A stretch of 62,433 bases of DNA, the filler included, from Clostridia bacterium (GTDB lineage Bacteria > CBDUZB01 > JAGLHV01), in the NCBI GenBank assembly GCA_030637025.1. It is 4 parts of 4 records of this genome, joined end to end, with 100 filler letters (N's around TTAATTAATTAA, not from the genome) between each part and the next. Parts side by side here need not be neighbours in the genome. Positions count along the whole stretch, not along the records: positions 29,023 to 60,281 come from DAOVVV010000029.1; positions 60,382 to 62,433 come from DAOVVV010000077.1; 2 more parts are not named here. One strand, written 5' to 3'. Below are positions 50,318-61,158 of the stretch, in pieces. The position numbers were made by a program, and so were the translations under genes. The notes beneath the pieces are model-generated. The model saw only the letters and a program-made list of their open reading frames with translations. It searched no databases and was not told where the DNA came from. Position 1 is the first letter of the stretch; each line of letters opens with the position of its first letter.

Positions 50318-50944
50318 TTATATACCCCATAGTAAAAGGCGATAAATACCCAATACAAACATAATCAAAAACTGCCAAAAAACGTTAATAAATAAAATAA
50401 CCAGTATTATACCGAACATTCCAATATTTTCTACCCGATAGGCATACTGCCTGGGTAAAATAGCAATTAATATTTTTGAACCATCTAAAGGAGGAATAGG
50501 AATTAAATTAAACATTCCCAACAACAAATTCAAAAAAACACTAAATTCAAAAATAGCGGATAATAACCCTCCGTACACTCCAATTATTTTCATTACCCAT
50601 ACCAATAAAGCAAACACAACTGCTAAAACAAAATTAGAACCCGGACCGGCTAAACTTACTTTGATTATATCTTTATAAGGATTTCGAAAATTATAGGGAT
50701 TAATCGGTACCGGCTTTGCTCCCCCTATCGCAAACCCTAAAGTAAAATAAAAGAAAATAGGCATTAAAATAGTCATAAACGGATCAATATGGGCTAAAGG
50801 ATTTAAAGTTAACCGGCCTGAATGTTTTGCCGTACTATCACCACATAAATAAGCCATCCATCCATGTGCATATTCATGAATAACTACTGCAAAAAGCAAA
50901 ACAACTAAGGTTATGGGCATAGGAATATGTGGAGGATATAACAT
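50318..50944 (-). CDS. Site-2 protease (M50)
   Basis: HEYAH, AGP.SN, FNLIPIPPLDG. Confidence 0.93.
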   Translation of the reverse strand: MLYPPHIPMPITLVVLLFAVVIHEYAHGWMAYLCGDSTAKHSGRLTLNPLAHIDPFMTILMPIFFYFTLGFAIGGAKPVPINPYNFRNPYKDIIKVSLAGPGSNFVLAVVFALLVWVMKIIGVYGGLLSAIFEFSVFLNLLLGMFNLIPIPPLDGSKILIAILPRQYAYRVENIGMFGIILVILFINVFWQFLIMFVLGIYRLLLWGI

Positions 50945-50988
50945 TGTCTTTTCCCTCTTTAAAAGTTATAGATTGAGTACTAATTTTA

Positions 50989-53460
50989 TCACTCTTTAGG
51001 AAAATTGTCAATCACAAACTTAAGCTCTTCTTCCCGTGTTTCTATTATTTTATCTAATTTAGCATTTAAAAGTTCTTTTTTTATTTCTCTAAAAATTTTT
51101 CCTTCCCGGAAACCTATTCCTTTTAAATCATCCCCGGTAATGAAAATCTTTACCTGCCGCATTTTAGTTAAATAATCAGAAATTCTTTTTTTGATCAAAA
51201 TATCTGTTGATTGAATCATAGCCAATAAAATTATCTCATTGGGAATTTGGTGTAAAATATGGTAAATGTTTCTAGGCTTAATTTTTTCTTTTTCCTTCAG
51301 CTGCTCTTTAATTTTCAAAACTGTTTCCTTTGCCATCGAAACACATTTTGTCCATTTTTTATTAAACTTTAGTTCTTTACAAACCTGCATAGTATCGGAA
51401 AAATTCAAATCCTGCACTAAAATAAGAAAATAAATAAGCCATTTTTCAATTGTATCTTCGATTAAAGGTAAAGTAAAAAGAAAAAGAATATCTTTCACTT
51501 TTCTAAAATCATTCCATATCTTTTTTGTCATTTTAATTTCAGGATAAATAGACCCCAGTATTTTAAATTCGGCCATACGTTTAATTGCTTTCCATGGAGC
51601 ACATTCATTTAAAATAGCAATAATTTCTTCCCTTATTCTTTCCTTGCTTACCTGTTTTAAAAAATTGTTTTTTACTGCCCACCTTAAAAAATATTGGGTA
51701 TTTTCATCCATACAAAAATCATATCTTTGTTCAAACCGAATAGCCCTGAAAATACGGGTAGGATCTTCGATAAAACTTAAATTATAAAGTGTTCTGACTA
51801 CCCCTCTTTTAACGTCGTCTTCTCCTCCGAAAAAATCAACTAAAAAACCAAACCTTTTACTATTAAGTCTTACTGCTATAGCATTAACAGTAAAATCCCG
51901 TCGAAATAAATCCTCTTTAAGCAATCCGGGTTTAACCCCGGGAAGTGCTCCCGGATATTCATATATTTCCCTGCGAGCCATAGCAATATCAATTTTTAAA
52001 TCATTACCCACATCAATCGTTGCTGTAGAAAATTTAGAATGAACAATAACTTTTCTTTTTAAAAATTTCGCCAAACGACGAGCAAAAATAATAGCCTTCC
52101 CTTCTACAACAACATCTATATCCAGGTTTTCTACATTTAAAAACAAATCCCGGACAAATCCTCCCACAATGTAAACAGGACAATTCATCTTATCTCCAAT
52201 TTGTCCTATTTTTTTTAAAAGATTTTCAATGCGCCGGGGTAATTTCTTTTTTATTAACCCTTTGATATTTTTTCTTGTTTGTTCTTTTTTTTCCGGTTTT
52301 AAAAATGATTTAGTTAAAAGAACCTTTTCCTTTTTGCGTGACATAAAAGTAGCTACAGAAAAATTTACCAGACCAAACGCTTTTGCTTTTTCTACATCTT
52401 TACGGGAAATTGTACCTACTATTTTATTTTTTTTACTTACCCGGAAAAAATCATTCTCTGTTTTTAAAAAAACTTGTTCAACTTCAAAAATTTTCATTTC
52501 CTCTGATATTTCTTTAATTGCCGAAAAATCTTTTTTTCTTGTCTTTATCTTTTCCTTAACGATTTTTAATAATTTCTTTTTCACCAAGGGTAACTGAGCA
52601 GGCGATATAGTAGCTGAGGCAGCAGTTTCATGCCCCCCTCCTCCAAAAAAACGCATTACTTCACCTACATTAACTATACCTTTTTGCTGAGCACGAGCAA
52701 TTAAATGCACCCGCTCTTTAATTTTAATTAAAACAAATAAAACATCTATATTTTCAATATCCCTTAATTTGTGCACTATTATGGATAAGTCATCTTTAAA
52801 AGAAGGCAGGGAAACAGAGGTGATGGTAATTTTTATGTTGTCTATTATTATATCCTCAAGTGAATGGAGTAATTTCTCCAAAAGTTTTATTTGCAGAGGA
52901 CTTAATCCCTGATGAATAAATTTAGAGATTATATTTAAATCCGCTCCCAGGGCAAGAAGGAAAGAAACAGCTTTTAAATCAGCAGCAGTGGTAGTGGCAA
53001 AAGTAAAACATCCTGTATCTTCATAAATTCCCAGAGCAAATAAAGTAGCCTCTTGAGAAGTCAATTTTATTTTCTTTTCTCTTATTTTTTCTACTAATAA
53101 GGTCGTAGTAGCCCCTTCAATATTTCCCAGACTGACTTTCCCCTTTAAATCTTTTTCCGTACGAGGATGATGGTCATAAAGATGAATAGTTAAATTAACA
53201 TTGTCCAGCACTTCTCTCGACCGTCCAATTCGATGAGATAAGCGGGTATCAACAACAATAAGCCGGGTTACTTTTGCAAAATTAATTTCTTTTTCTTTTT
53301 TAAAATCAAATTGTTCCTTATTTTGCTTTAAATAATGACGGACATTTTGCTCCAAAGACGAGGGTAAAACTATTTGTGCTTTAGGATAAAGTTTTTTAAC
53401 GGCCACTAATGAAGCCAAAGCATCAAAATCAGCCATAATATGAGTAACAATTATATCCAT
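50989..53460 (-). CDS. cca: DHH/DHHA1-CBS-polyA polymerase family tRNA nucleotidyltransferase
   Basis: TH..ADFD, DHH, GGGGH; VGGFVRD, DIDVV, DLFRRDFTVNA, EDPTRIFRAIRF; may be the A-adding type. Confidence 0.85.
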   Translation of the reverse strand: MDIIVTHIMADFDALASLVAVKKLYPKAQIVLPSSLEQNVRHYLKQNKEQFDFKKEKEINFAKVTRLIVVDTRLSHRIGRSREVLDNVNLTIHLYDHHPRTEKDLKGKVSLGNIEGATTTLLVEKIREKKIKLTSQEATLFALGIYEDTGCFTFATTTAADLKAVSFLLALGADLNIISKFIHQGLSPLQIKLLEKLLHSLEDIIIDNIKITITSVSLPSFKDDLSIIVHKLRDIENIDVLFVLIKIKERVHLIARAQQKGIVNVGEVMRFFGGGGHETAASATISPAQLPLVKKKLLKIVKEKIKTRKKDFSAIKEISEEMKIFEVEQVFLKTENDFFRVSKKNKIVGTISRKDVEKAKAFGLVNFSVATFMSRKKEKVLLTKSFLKPEKKEQTRKNIKGLIKKKLPRRIENLLKKIGQIGDKMNCPVYIVGGFVRDLFLNVENLDIDVVVEGKAIIFARRLAKFLKRKVIVHSKFSTATIDVGNDLKIDIAMARREIYEYPGALPGVKPGLLKEDLFRRDFTVNAIAVRLNSKRFGFLVDFFGGEDDVKRGVVRTLYNLSFIEDPTRIFRAIRFEQRYDFCMDENTQYFLRWAVKNNFLKQVSKERIREEIIAILNECAPWKAIKRMAEFKILGSIYPEIKMTKKIWNDFRKVKDILFLFTLPLIEDTIEKWLIYFLILVQDLNFSDTMQVCKELKFNKKWTKCVSMAKETVLKIKEQLKEKEKIKPRNIYHILHQIPNEIILLAMIQSTDILIKKRISDYLTKMRQVKIFITGDDLKGIGFREGKIFREIKKELLNAKLDKIIETREEELKFVIDNFPKE

Positions 53461-53599
53461 AAAAACCCTGTTTATATTCAATTTAGGGTCTACTGAAAAA
53501 TTCAGCAGACCCTATTTATTTAATTTTAGTTTAAATTATTTTGTACTAAAAGTCAACCCATAAATAACCTGCCTTTCTCCTCGGTTTTTTGCAATAATT

Positions 53600-54124
53600 T
53601 TATTCCTTGACAGTTGCCTCAAACTCACAAACATTATCCCCGTTTGCACAGCATTTTACTTCAACCACTGCTACCTCTTTTTTAAGGAAAAACTTTAAAA
53701 TACCCGCGACTAACCCCCCTTCAAAATAACAAATATGCATACCTATATTAGGAGTACCAACACAGGTAACACATTCTTCTATGTCCACCACTATCTTTCC
53801 CTTTTCTAAGTCAGCACTTACTACTTTGAGTATTCCCACTTTAAGATTAATTAAAATTTCTTTTAATTTTGTCACATATTCATTCAAATCGTCAATTCCA
53901 CTCAAAAAAGCTTTTCCAATTTCACCCCCCACGGCTTTACCTACTAAATATATGTTTTCATTTGCTTTGGCCTGATTTTCTTCTTCTTTTCCCATTCCTA
54001 ATTGAGCAAGGATTAAATTTTCCATAGAAAAGCGTAAAATCCTAAACAGTTCTATACCGACAGTAGGCCCTAAAATGACTCTTTTGCTTACATCACCAAC
54101 AACACTAATTTTAAATTCCGGCAT
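53600..54124 (-). CDS. V4R domain protein
   Basis: ECVTC....C.FEGG.VAG...EVKC.ANG...CEF. Confidence 0.85.
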   Translation of the reverse strand: MPEFKISVVGDVSKRVILGPTVGIELFRILRFSMENLILAQLGMGKEEENQAKANENIYLVGKAVGGEIGKAFLSGIDDLNEYVTKLKEILINLKVGILKVVSADLEKGKIVVDIEECVTCVGTPNIGMHICYFEGGLVAGILKFFLKKEVAVVEVKCCANGDNVCEFEATVKE

Positions 54125-54142
54125 TATATGCCTCCTTTTTAT

Positions 54143-54370
54143 TTATTTTCTTAATATTAACCGCGCTTTAATATTCCTGGCTACTAACTCACAAAAACCC
54201 CCAAAACCAATCATTCTTTCTAATATTTTATGCATTTCTTCTACAGAATAATCATTTTTTTCAATAAGGCCGCATTCGCTAATTGCTTGTTTTATAACAC
54301 CTTCTAAAACATCGTTCCTTAAAAATCTTCCTAACTTTTTTTTAACGAAACTTAATTCACAAAGGTCCAT
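54143..54370 (-). CDS. Hypothetical small protein
   Basis: 75-aa ORF with RBS, co-oriented with the V4R gene. Confidence 0.6.
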   Translation of the reverse strand: MDLCELSFVKKKLGRFLRNDVLEGVIKQAISECGLIEKNDYSVEEMHKILERMIGFGGFCELVARNIKARLILRK

Positions 54371-54662
54371 TCAAATCACCCCTTTCTGTTCTTTAACTTA
54401 ATAAAAATTTATTTCCCTATTGATAAAACAATTAATTAAACCTTAATTCTTTAACCTTCTTTTTTAAACCGGATTAATACAAATATTATTTTACAAGTTT
54501 AATAAATTATTATCAACTTCTTTTTTAATTTTTTTTTCAGGATTTCTTTTACGCTTATTTTTTTAATGAATTCATTATTTTCGTATTAAAATTTAAAATT
54601 CTGTTAAATGAAAAACACTGTTTGTACTAATTGACAGTTAAACTTTTTCATAAATTTGGAAT

Positions 54663-54693
54663 AAAAAAAACAGGGTAGTTATCTACCCTGTTT
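54663..54693 (-). terminator. Rho-independent terminator
   Basis: cagggtag/ctaccctg stem followed by T8 on the minus strand. Confidence 0.8.
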
Positions 54694-54728
54694 TCTCTGA
54701 GAAATTTCCGTATCTTTCTTTTAAAATA

Positions 54729-55682
54729 TTAAAATGTACTAATTAAAGAAAAACGGTTTGTATCACCTTGTTCTCCGGAAGGGACAATAGCAAAATCCAG
54801 TCGTATTTTCCCTGTCTTCAGCCCTATACCCCAGGTTACCCCCTCTATTTCTCCCGCCTGTTTACAATAACCCATACGTACAAAGAACTTATCATTAAAG
54901 GTATATTCCATTCCCATATTCAACCCAGCTTCGGTATCCAGTATCTCTTGTTTGTTTAATTCATCTACCGGCTGATTAAAATCAAAAGCCAAACTAAGAT
55001 TATTAACATTACCGGTTAATATATATCCTATCCCTAATTTTAAATTTTGGGGAAGAATATCCGCCTGCGGACTATCAATCATAGTCATCTTGGTTCCAAA
55101 ATTTTGCAAGGCCAATCCCAGACTCAAACCTTTTATGGGCATCCGGTATATCCCACCTATATCAAAAGCATATGCTCTCCCTTTTATATAATGAACAGAA
55201 CTATAAATATATTTCAAGGTAAGACCTAAAGACAAATCCTGCTTAACTTTGCAACCATAAGAGATGGTCCCGGCTAAGTCGTAAGTATGAAATTCGCCTG
55301 TTTTTTCACCACTACCATCAGTTATAGTATGTGTCCCGGTAAAAAAATAGGTAAAACTTCCGCCCAAAACCCCTCCCCCGCCAACAGGCACTCCAAATCC
55401 AACAAAACTATAGTACATATCGGAAACAACATCCGGGAACATTTTACTATACATTACGATAAACTCCCGCTGTTTAATATAACTTAAACCGGCAGGATTC
55501 CAATATAGAGAACTCACATCGTCGACTAAAGCTACAAAGGCTTCGCCCATACCACTAGGCCTTGCTCCTACTCCGATAGTTAAAAACTCAGCAGCAGTAT
55601 CAACACGGGCTACACCCGGTGAAGTTGAACAAGTAAGCCCTATAAAAATCAATAAAAGCATAATACTGAATTTTTTGTTCAT
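54729..55682 (-). CDS. PorV/PorQ family (UPF0164) outer membrane protein
   Basis: FLTIGVGARPSGMGEAF...D.SSLYWNPAGL; C-terminal F. Confidence 0.88.
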   Translation of the reverse strand: MNKKFSIMLLLIFIGLTCSTSPGVARVDTAAEFLTIGVGARPSGMGEAFVALVDDVSSLYWNPAGLSYIKQREFIVMYSKMFPDVVSDMYYSFVGFGVPVGGGGVLGGSFTYFFTGTHTITDGSGEKTGEFHTYDLAGTISYGCKVKQDLSLGLTLKYIYSSVHYIKGRAYAFDIGGIYRMPIKGLSLGLALQNFGTKMTMIDSPQADILPQNLKLGIGYILTGNVNNLSLAFDFNQPVDELNKQEILDTEAGLNMGMEYTFNDKFFVRMGYCKQAGEIEGVTWGIGLKTGKIRLDFAIVPSGEQGDTNRFSLISTF

Positions 55683-55720
55683 CTGTCTTTTCCCTTGTAC
55701 AACGAATTAATCACTATTTA

Positions 55721-57421
55721 CTATTTAAGAATTACCATCCGTTTGGTGGAAGTAAACGAATCCGTTTCCAACCGATAAAAATATACACCGGAAGCCATTT
55801 CCTCTCCACCACTATTATTTCCATCCCAATAAGCTGCTGCATTCCGGGAAAGATAATCACCCGCTGTTTTATATCCCAGGTCTAATGTTCTCAACAACTG
55901 ACCTACAACATTGTAAATCTTGATTTTAACGTTACTCCCCTGGGATAAAGAATAAGGTATCCATGTTTCCGGATTAAAAGGATTGGGAAAATTTTGGCCT
56001 AACTTACTACCCGAAGTAGTCTCCCGGGTTAATACTGCCGGTAAAGTAGCAGAAGATACAGTTCCCCCCACGACCATTGAACGAGCTTCTATTCCGATAT
56101 TACCCTCACCGTCGCTTACAAAAATATAAACCTTATATTTCCCTTCATTATCCGGTAGAGTAACATTAAAAAAAACACCTTCTCCCTCCCCCTCTACTTC
56201 CTCAAAATTAGCTAAATATAATCCTTCATTTCCGGTAACATCCCGCCCGCAGAGTTTAATCTGGTAACTCAAAGTATTTCCTTGAGGATCCCCTGCTACT
56301 ACATTCAGATTAACGAAACTATTGGGAACTAAACCGGAAGATTCATCCAAAGACATTCCTGAAATAACCGGGGACCGGTTAACTACATCATTATTGTTGT
56401 TATGATACATTTTTTCCACTGAATAAAAAGAAGGCCTTTTTTGGCCATTCATCAGGAGGTTAAACCATACCCCTCCAAAGTCTTCCTTCTCTCCATAAAT
56501 AAAAGCAAAACCACCTAAAGCAGAACCCTTATTACCTATAATATGGTCATTCCACCCATCATAATAAGCTGCTGCTTTGGTAAGATCATTAGATTCAAGA
56601 GCAACACCATTACTATCTACATCAACTTCCCATTCTCCATCAGGACCAAACTCTGTAATCATATACGGTTTGCTAAAATTGTAGTACTGCTCAGCTTTAT
56701 CCTGAACAGATAAAATATCTTTATAAGCATTGGTTGCATATAAATCCAGGGGAGTATCGCTACCACTAAAATAACTCCACATATCCGGATAAGCAACAGT
56801 GGAAGTCACCGGATGATGAGTATCTATCTTTTTAATTTCGACACAGACCTGTTCTACAAACTCAGCATAAGCTATTCTATTCTCTTTGAGTTCGGGCTCT
56901 TTAAAATGCTGGTCTAAATGCAACATAACCTCATTTCCCACACTCCACATAAGCACAGCAGGATGATCTTTATATCTTTTTATCCAGTTAATAATTTCTG
57001 CAAGAATATGAGTTTTATAACCTTCATCATCATCATAATCAATAAAGTGCTGCAGCCATATTCCCATACAAACTTTAATTCCCCGTTTCTGTGCCGCATC
57101 AAGAAGAACTTTAGTATCGTATCCTGTCCCCCAGGTGCGGATTGTATTAGCGCCCAAAGCTTCAACCTGTGTCATATAAGCAGCAATAGTTCTACGGGAA
57201 ATATCAGGCCCAAAACAAAGCCCTTTAATAAAAAAATCATTTCCATCAACTAATAACTGCCAATTTCCGGAATTCCCGTTAATGATTACTTTACTTCCTT
57301 CGTAAGGTTCATCCGGTTTACCCGGTTTATCCGGTTTCACGGCATAACTGTTATTTACAACCAAACCCGCTAATAACATACTTACCATTAAAATTTTCAT
57401 TGCAAGACTCACTTTTTTCAT
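55721..57421 (-). CDS. Secreted GH2-like TIM-barrel glycoside hydrolase with FlgD-Ig/T9SS type A-like CTD
   Basis: GANTIRTW, HPAVLMWSVGNE, PYMITEFG; NFPNPFNP...WDG....SGVYFYRL...KRMVILK. Confidence 0.85.
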   Translation of the reverse strand: MKKVSLAMKILMVSMLLAGLVVNNSYAVKPDKPGKPDEPYEGSKVIINGNSGNWQLLVDGNDFFIKGLCFGPDISRRTIAAYMTQVEALGANTIRTWGTGYDTKVLLDAAQKRGIKVCMGIWLQHFIDYDDDEGYKTHILAEIINWIKRYKDHPAVLMWSVGNEVMLHLDQHFKEPELKENRIAYAEFVEQVCVEIKKIDTHHPVTSTVAYPDMWSYFSGSDTPLDLYATNAYKDILSVQDKAEQYYNFSKPYMITEFGPDGEWEVDVDSNGVALESNDLTKAAAYYDGWNDHIIGNKGSALGGFAFIYGEKEDFGGVWFNLLMNGQKRPSFYSVEKMYHNNNNDVVNRSPVISGMSLDESSGLVPNSFVNLNVVAGDPQGNTLSYQIKLCGRDVTGNEGLYLANFEEVEGEGEGVFFNVTLPDNEGKYKVYIFVSDGEGNIGIEARSMVVGGTVSSATLPAVLTRETTSGSKLGQNFPNPFNPETWIPYSLSQGSNVKIKIYNVVGQLLRTLDLGYKTAGDYLSRNAAAYWDGNNSGGEEMASGVYFYRLETDSFTSTKRMVILK

Positions 57422-57742
57422 ATTTAGTTCCCCCCCTTATTCTTTTTATATGTCTTTAAAATAAATATTGTTGTTACTTAATTATCCATGCAAAAAAATT
57501 TATCAGATTTAATAAAACTAATCTATAAAACCTTTTTCCCCACCTTCTATTAAAACATCTCAATCATTAAATATCACAAGCTAATCATATTAAAAAATGT
57601 TTATTAAGTCAATGCAGAAGACATAAGCCAACAAAATAAAAAAACAGGGTAATACTTTTAGAAATAAACTCCCCTGTATTAATTATAAAATCCAAATATT
57701 ATCATTTTCATTAAAAATAATAAAAGCGTATACCAGCCCTTT

Positions 57743-58078
57743 TCAAACTATTTCTTTTGTTTCTTCTTTAAACCTATATTTAGAACAAGACCCATCTTTC
57801 CAGATTATTTCTTTGATTTCTATCCAATTATTACATTTTGAAGTTAATTTTAAAATCGTAGCCAGAGAGGAATCTCTCTTTTCGTTATGCTGCCGGAGTA
57901 AATCCTGCTGATCCTTTTGCATTTCAATACTGGACATTTCTTTCAATAATGTCTTATATATCTCTATTTTGGAAAGAGAATCTACTAATTCGTCTGCTTC
58001 CTGACAAAAAAATTTCTGTTTGGTCTCTTTCTCATCTCTTGGTAAATCCGGAAAAAAACTTCCACTAATTTTGGACAT
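57743..58078 (-). CDS. Hypothetical protein
   Basis: 111-aa ORF with strong RBS aaggagg. Confidence 0.6.
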   Translation of the reverse strand: MSKISGSFFPDLPRDEKETKQKFFCQEADELVDSLSKIEIYKTLLKEMSSIEMQKDQQDLLRQHNEKRDSSLATILKLTSKCNNWIEIKEIIWKDGSCSKYRFKEETKEIV

Positions 58079-58340
58079 ATTTTCCTCCTTTTTTCAAAAA
58101 TGTTAAGACCTCTGCAAAATAGCTTTTTTACCCTTAATTATTTCAATGATTCTTTCCTTTTTTCGGTTCTTCCCTAATGTTAACTATCGCTCAATTTGAT
58201 TTAAATTATAATTTAATAAACAACACTTGTCAAGCTTCCGGGAATAATTAAAAATAAAAAAGCAGAATGAGTAATTATCCTCATCCTGCCCGATATTTTA
58301 ACTTTAAAAATTATTTCTTTATAATAAAATCACTAATAAA

Positions 58341-58417
58341 TGGTGGGCGGTACTGGAATCGAACCAGTGACCCCTTGCGTGTCGAGCAAGTACTCTAACC
58401 AGCTGAGCTAACCGCCC
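58341..58417 (-). tRNA. tRNA-Val(GAC)
   Basis: GGGCGGT acceptor, CTTGC-TCGACAC-GCAAG anticodon arm, encoded CCA. Confidence 0.93.
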
Positions 58418-58550
58418 TCTACTTTATTTTTTAAAACAAAACTTATTCATATCTATAACCACTACTTTTAATTTGCGTAAATTTTACGTCTACATCTACA
58501 CAGACTACTTGTCCGCCATCTATTTGGAGGAAAATCTACGGTTACCAAAA

Positions 58551-58604
58551 AACCAGTGACCCTCCACCTCGGGCGAATACTCTAACCAGCTGAACTAACC
58601 ACTC
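58551..58604 (-). pseudogene. Degenerate partial copy of tRNA-Val
   Basis: aaccagtgaccc...tactctaaccagctgaactaacc matches 58362-58413 with a scrambled anticodon arm. Confidence 0.7.
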
Positions 58605-58622
58605 TTATTTTATAATATTTCA

Positions 58623-58695
58623 AGGCGCGAGCCGGACTTGAACCGGCGAATCGCGGTTTTGCAGACCGCTCCCTTAGCCACTTGGGTACCGCGCC
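58623..58695 (-). tRNA. tRNA-Cys(GCA)
   Basis: GGCGCGG acceptor, GCGGT-CTGCAAA-ACCGC arm, U discriminator; CCA not encoded. Confidence 0.94.
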
Positions 58696-58699
58696 ATTT

Positions 58700-59425
58700 T
58701 CAAAATTTAAAATTCAATCCCGCCCCATAATTCATTCCATCAGTACAATCAATTTCTACAATTAAAGAAACCAGGGGATAAAACAAAACCTTGCTCCCAA
58801 GAAAAGGAACTAATTTATTATTACCAGTTCCCCTAAACTCTTCCCGCGTATCCTCATTTTTCCATTTTATCCGATTAAAAGAAAATTTAACGCCCCCAAA
58901 AGGTTCAAAAAAATTGAATCTTTTACTTACTATTAAAGAACTATAATACTCTAAAATATTTAATGTTGTATTTATTTTTTCTTCAAAAAAATTCCCCTCC
59001 AATCTATTGAGATGATTAGAAGAAGATGTTACTCCTAAATCAACAAAGACTGCAGGGGTTATTATTGTATCGGGAAAAAATATATATTTTATCCCCCCTC
59101 CATACATACAAATTTCGCTTTTACCCAAATATTTATTATTATTTATTTGAATTTCGGAGTCAATAAAACCAGCTTTAAGATAAAAATTCATCCTATAAGC
59201 AACTGCAATAATTGCTTTTAAAACTGTCAATTCCTGCATTAATTCACAATCGAATTTTTGCTTATTTTCATCTTCAAACTTTATTTTTTTTTCAACTAAA
59301 ACGTTATAAATTTCCGTATTTACTTCTCCTGCCCGAGAAGAAACAGTAGAAAAAATTTCACCAGCAAAAGACAATGAAAACGGTAAATTTAGCATCATAA
59401 TCAAAATACTAAAAAACCTAATCAC
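58700..59425 (-). CDS. Hypothetical outer membrane beta-barrel protein
   Basis: Signal peptide; ends YGAGLNFKF. Confidence 0.7.
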   Translation of the reverse strand: MIRFFSILIMMLNLPFSLSFAGEIFSTVSSRAGEVNTEIYNVLVEKKIKFEDENKQKFDCELMQELTVLKAIIAVAYRMNFYLKAGFIDSEIQINNNKYLGKSEICMYGGGIKYIFFPDTIITPAVFVDLGVTSSSNHLNRLEGNFFEEKINTTLNILEYYSSLIVSKRFNFFEPFGGVKFSFNRIKWKNEDTREEFRGTGNNKLVPFLGSKVLFYPLVSLIVEIDCTDGMNYGAGLNFKF

Positions 59426-59571
59426 TTTTTAACCTTCTTATTTTAACCTAAAATTTTGATTTAACAAAATCATCTTTATAGCAAAATTACCATAAATTTC
59501 ATCAAACAGACTTGATTAAAAAAAATTCAAATTCATTTACGCTAATATGAAAATAAAGAACTAATAAAAAA

Positions 59572-59689
59572 ACCCGGCGGCAACCTACTCTCCCATACCG
59601 TTACCAGTATAGTACCATCGGCGCTGGTGAGCTTAACTTCCGTGTTCGGAAAGGGAACGGGTGTGACCCCACCGCAATAACCACCGGGA
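59572..59689 (-). rRNA. rrf: 5S rRNA
   Basis: Plus strand ctactctcc..agtaccatcggcgc..gcttaacttccgtgttcggaaagggaacgggtg; terminal stem cccgg/ccggg. Confidence 0.95.
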
Positions 59690-59928
59690 ATCTTTTCATA
59701 TATTAATTTTTCTAAAAATTAGCATCAGGATACATTACTCTATATTTCATTTCTAAAAAAGAATAATACGCATTTATAAAAAAATCTCTTTTAAATATAT
59801 ATATTAACACCAATGTACATATAACAATTCCACCTATTATCCATACATCACGCATATATGTCCTCTCTATATAGATATATTTTTATAAATATATTTTTTT
59901 ATCTTTTTTAAAGTAAAATTAAAAAATA

Positions 59929-60281
<353 letters not shown>

Positions 60282-60381
60282 NNNNNNNNNNNNNNNNNNN
60301 NNNNNNNNNNNNNNNNNNNNNNNNNTTAATTAATTAANNNNNNNNNNNNNNNNNNNNNNNNNNNNNNNNNNNNNNNNNNNN
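60282..60381. other. Artificial contig spacer
   Basis: N run, TTAATTAATTAA, N run. Confidence 0.97.
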
Positions 60382-60999
60382 ATTTTCTACAGGACTTTTA
60401 TATAAACTTCCTATATCCAATGCATAAGCCACTGCTGACTTATCATCTAATTTTTCCTGGATCAATTTTATATTTATCCCTCCGAATAGACCTGCTTTCC
60501 ATTGGTCGCTTATTTTTTTATTTCCCATTAGTTTTCTACCGTAGGATAGGACCACGGCTAAATCATACGCCGTTAAATTATTTGACGGCATACCTCCTTC
60601 GGAATATCCATCTATATCATTCATTGTTAAATAATAAACACTACCCCCCAATACTCCTTTCCTTCCCAGCGGATGAACATAACCCATAAATTGATAATTT
60701 ATTCCTTCCCACCATTTAAGGTACATCAAACTTATTTCTTTCCTCTCTAACTGCCCTAAGCCGGCGGGATTCCAGTAAACAGCATTAACATCATCTGCTA
60801 TTGCACAAAATGCCCCTCCCATTCCTGCCCCTCTTGCTCCCACCTTTAACTTAAGAAAATTTGCTCCCGTAGTTCCTTCCGAATCACTGCCAAAAGCTGT
60901 AAATTGTAAATAAAAAATACAGAATATTGTCAGACCAAGAATAAAAATCTTCCCTCTCCAATCTTTTACTTTCTCTTTTAGATTTTCTTTTCTTTTCAT
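60382..60999 (-). CDS. PorV/PorQ family protein, 3'-partial
   Basis: FLKLKVGARGAGMGGAF.AIADD.NAVYWNPAGL. Confidence 0.87.
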
Positions 61000-61158
61000 T
61001 TTATGCTCCCCCCTTTTTATTTCCTGCTATTCGCTATTTGCTATTCGCAGTATTTTATTTTTATCTTTGTCTTTATCTTTTATCTTTTAACTAATTTAAA
61101 CAAATCTAACTCCGCCTTACGGACTGGCGGACAGGCAATTCAACCGTCTTTTAACCGT

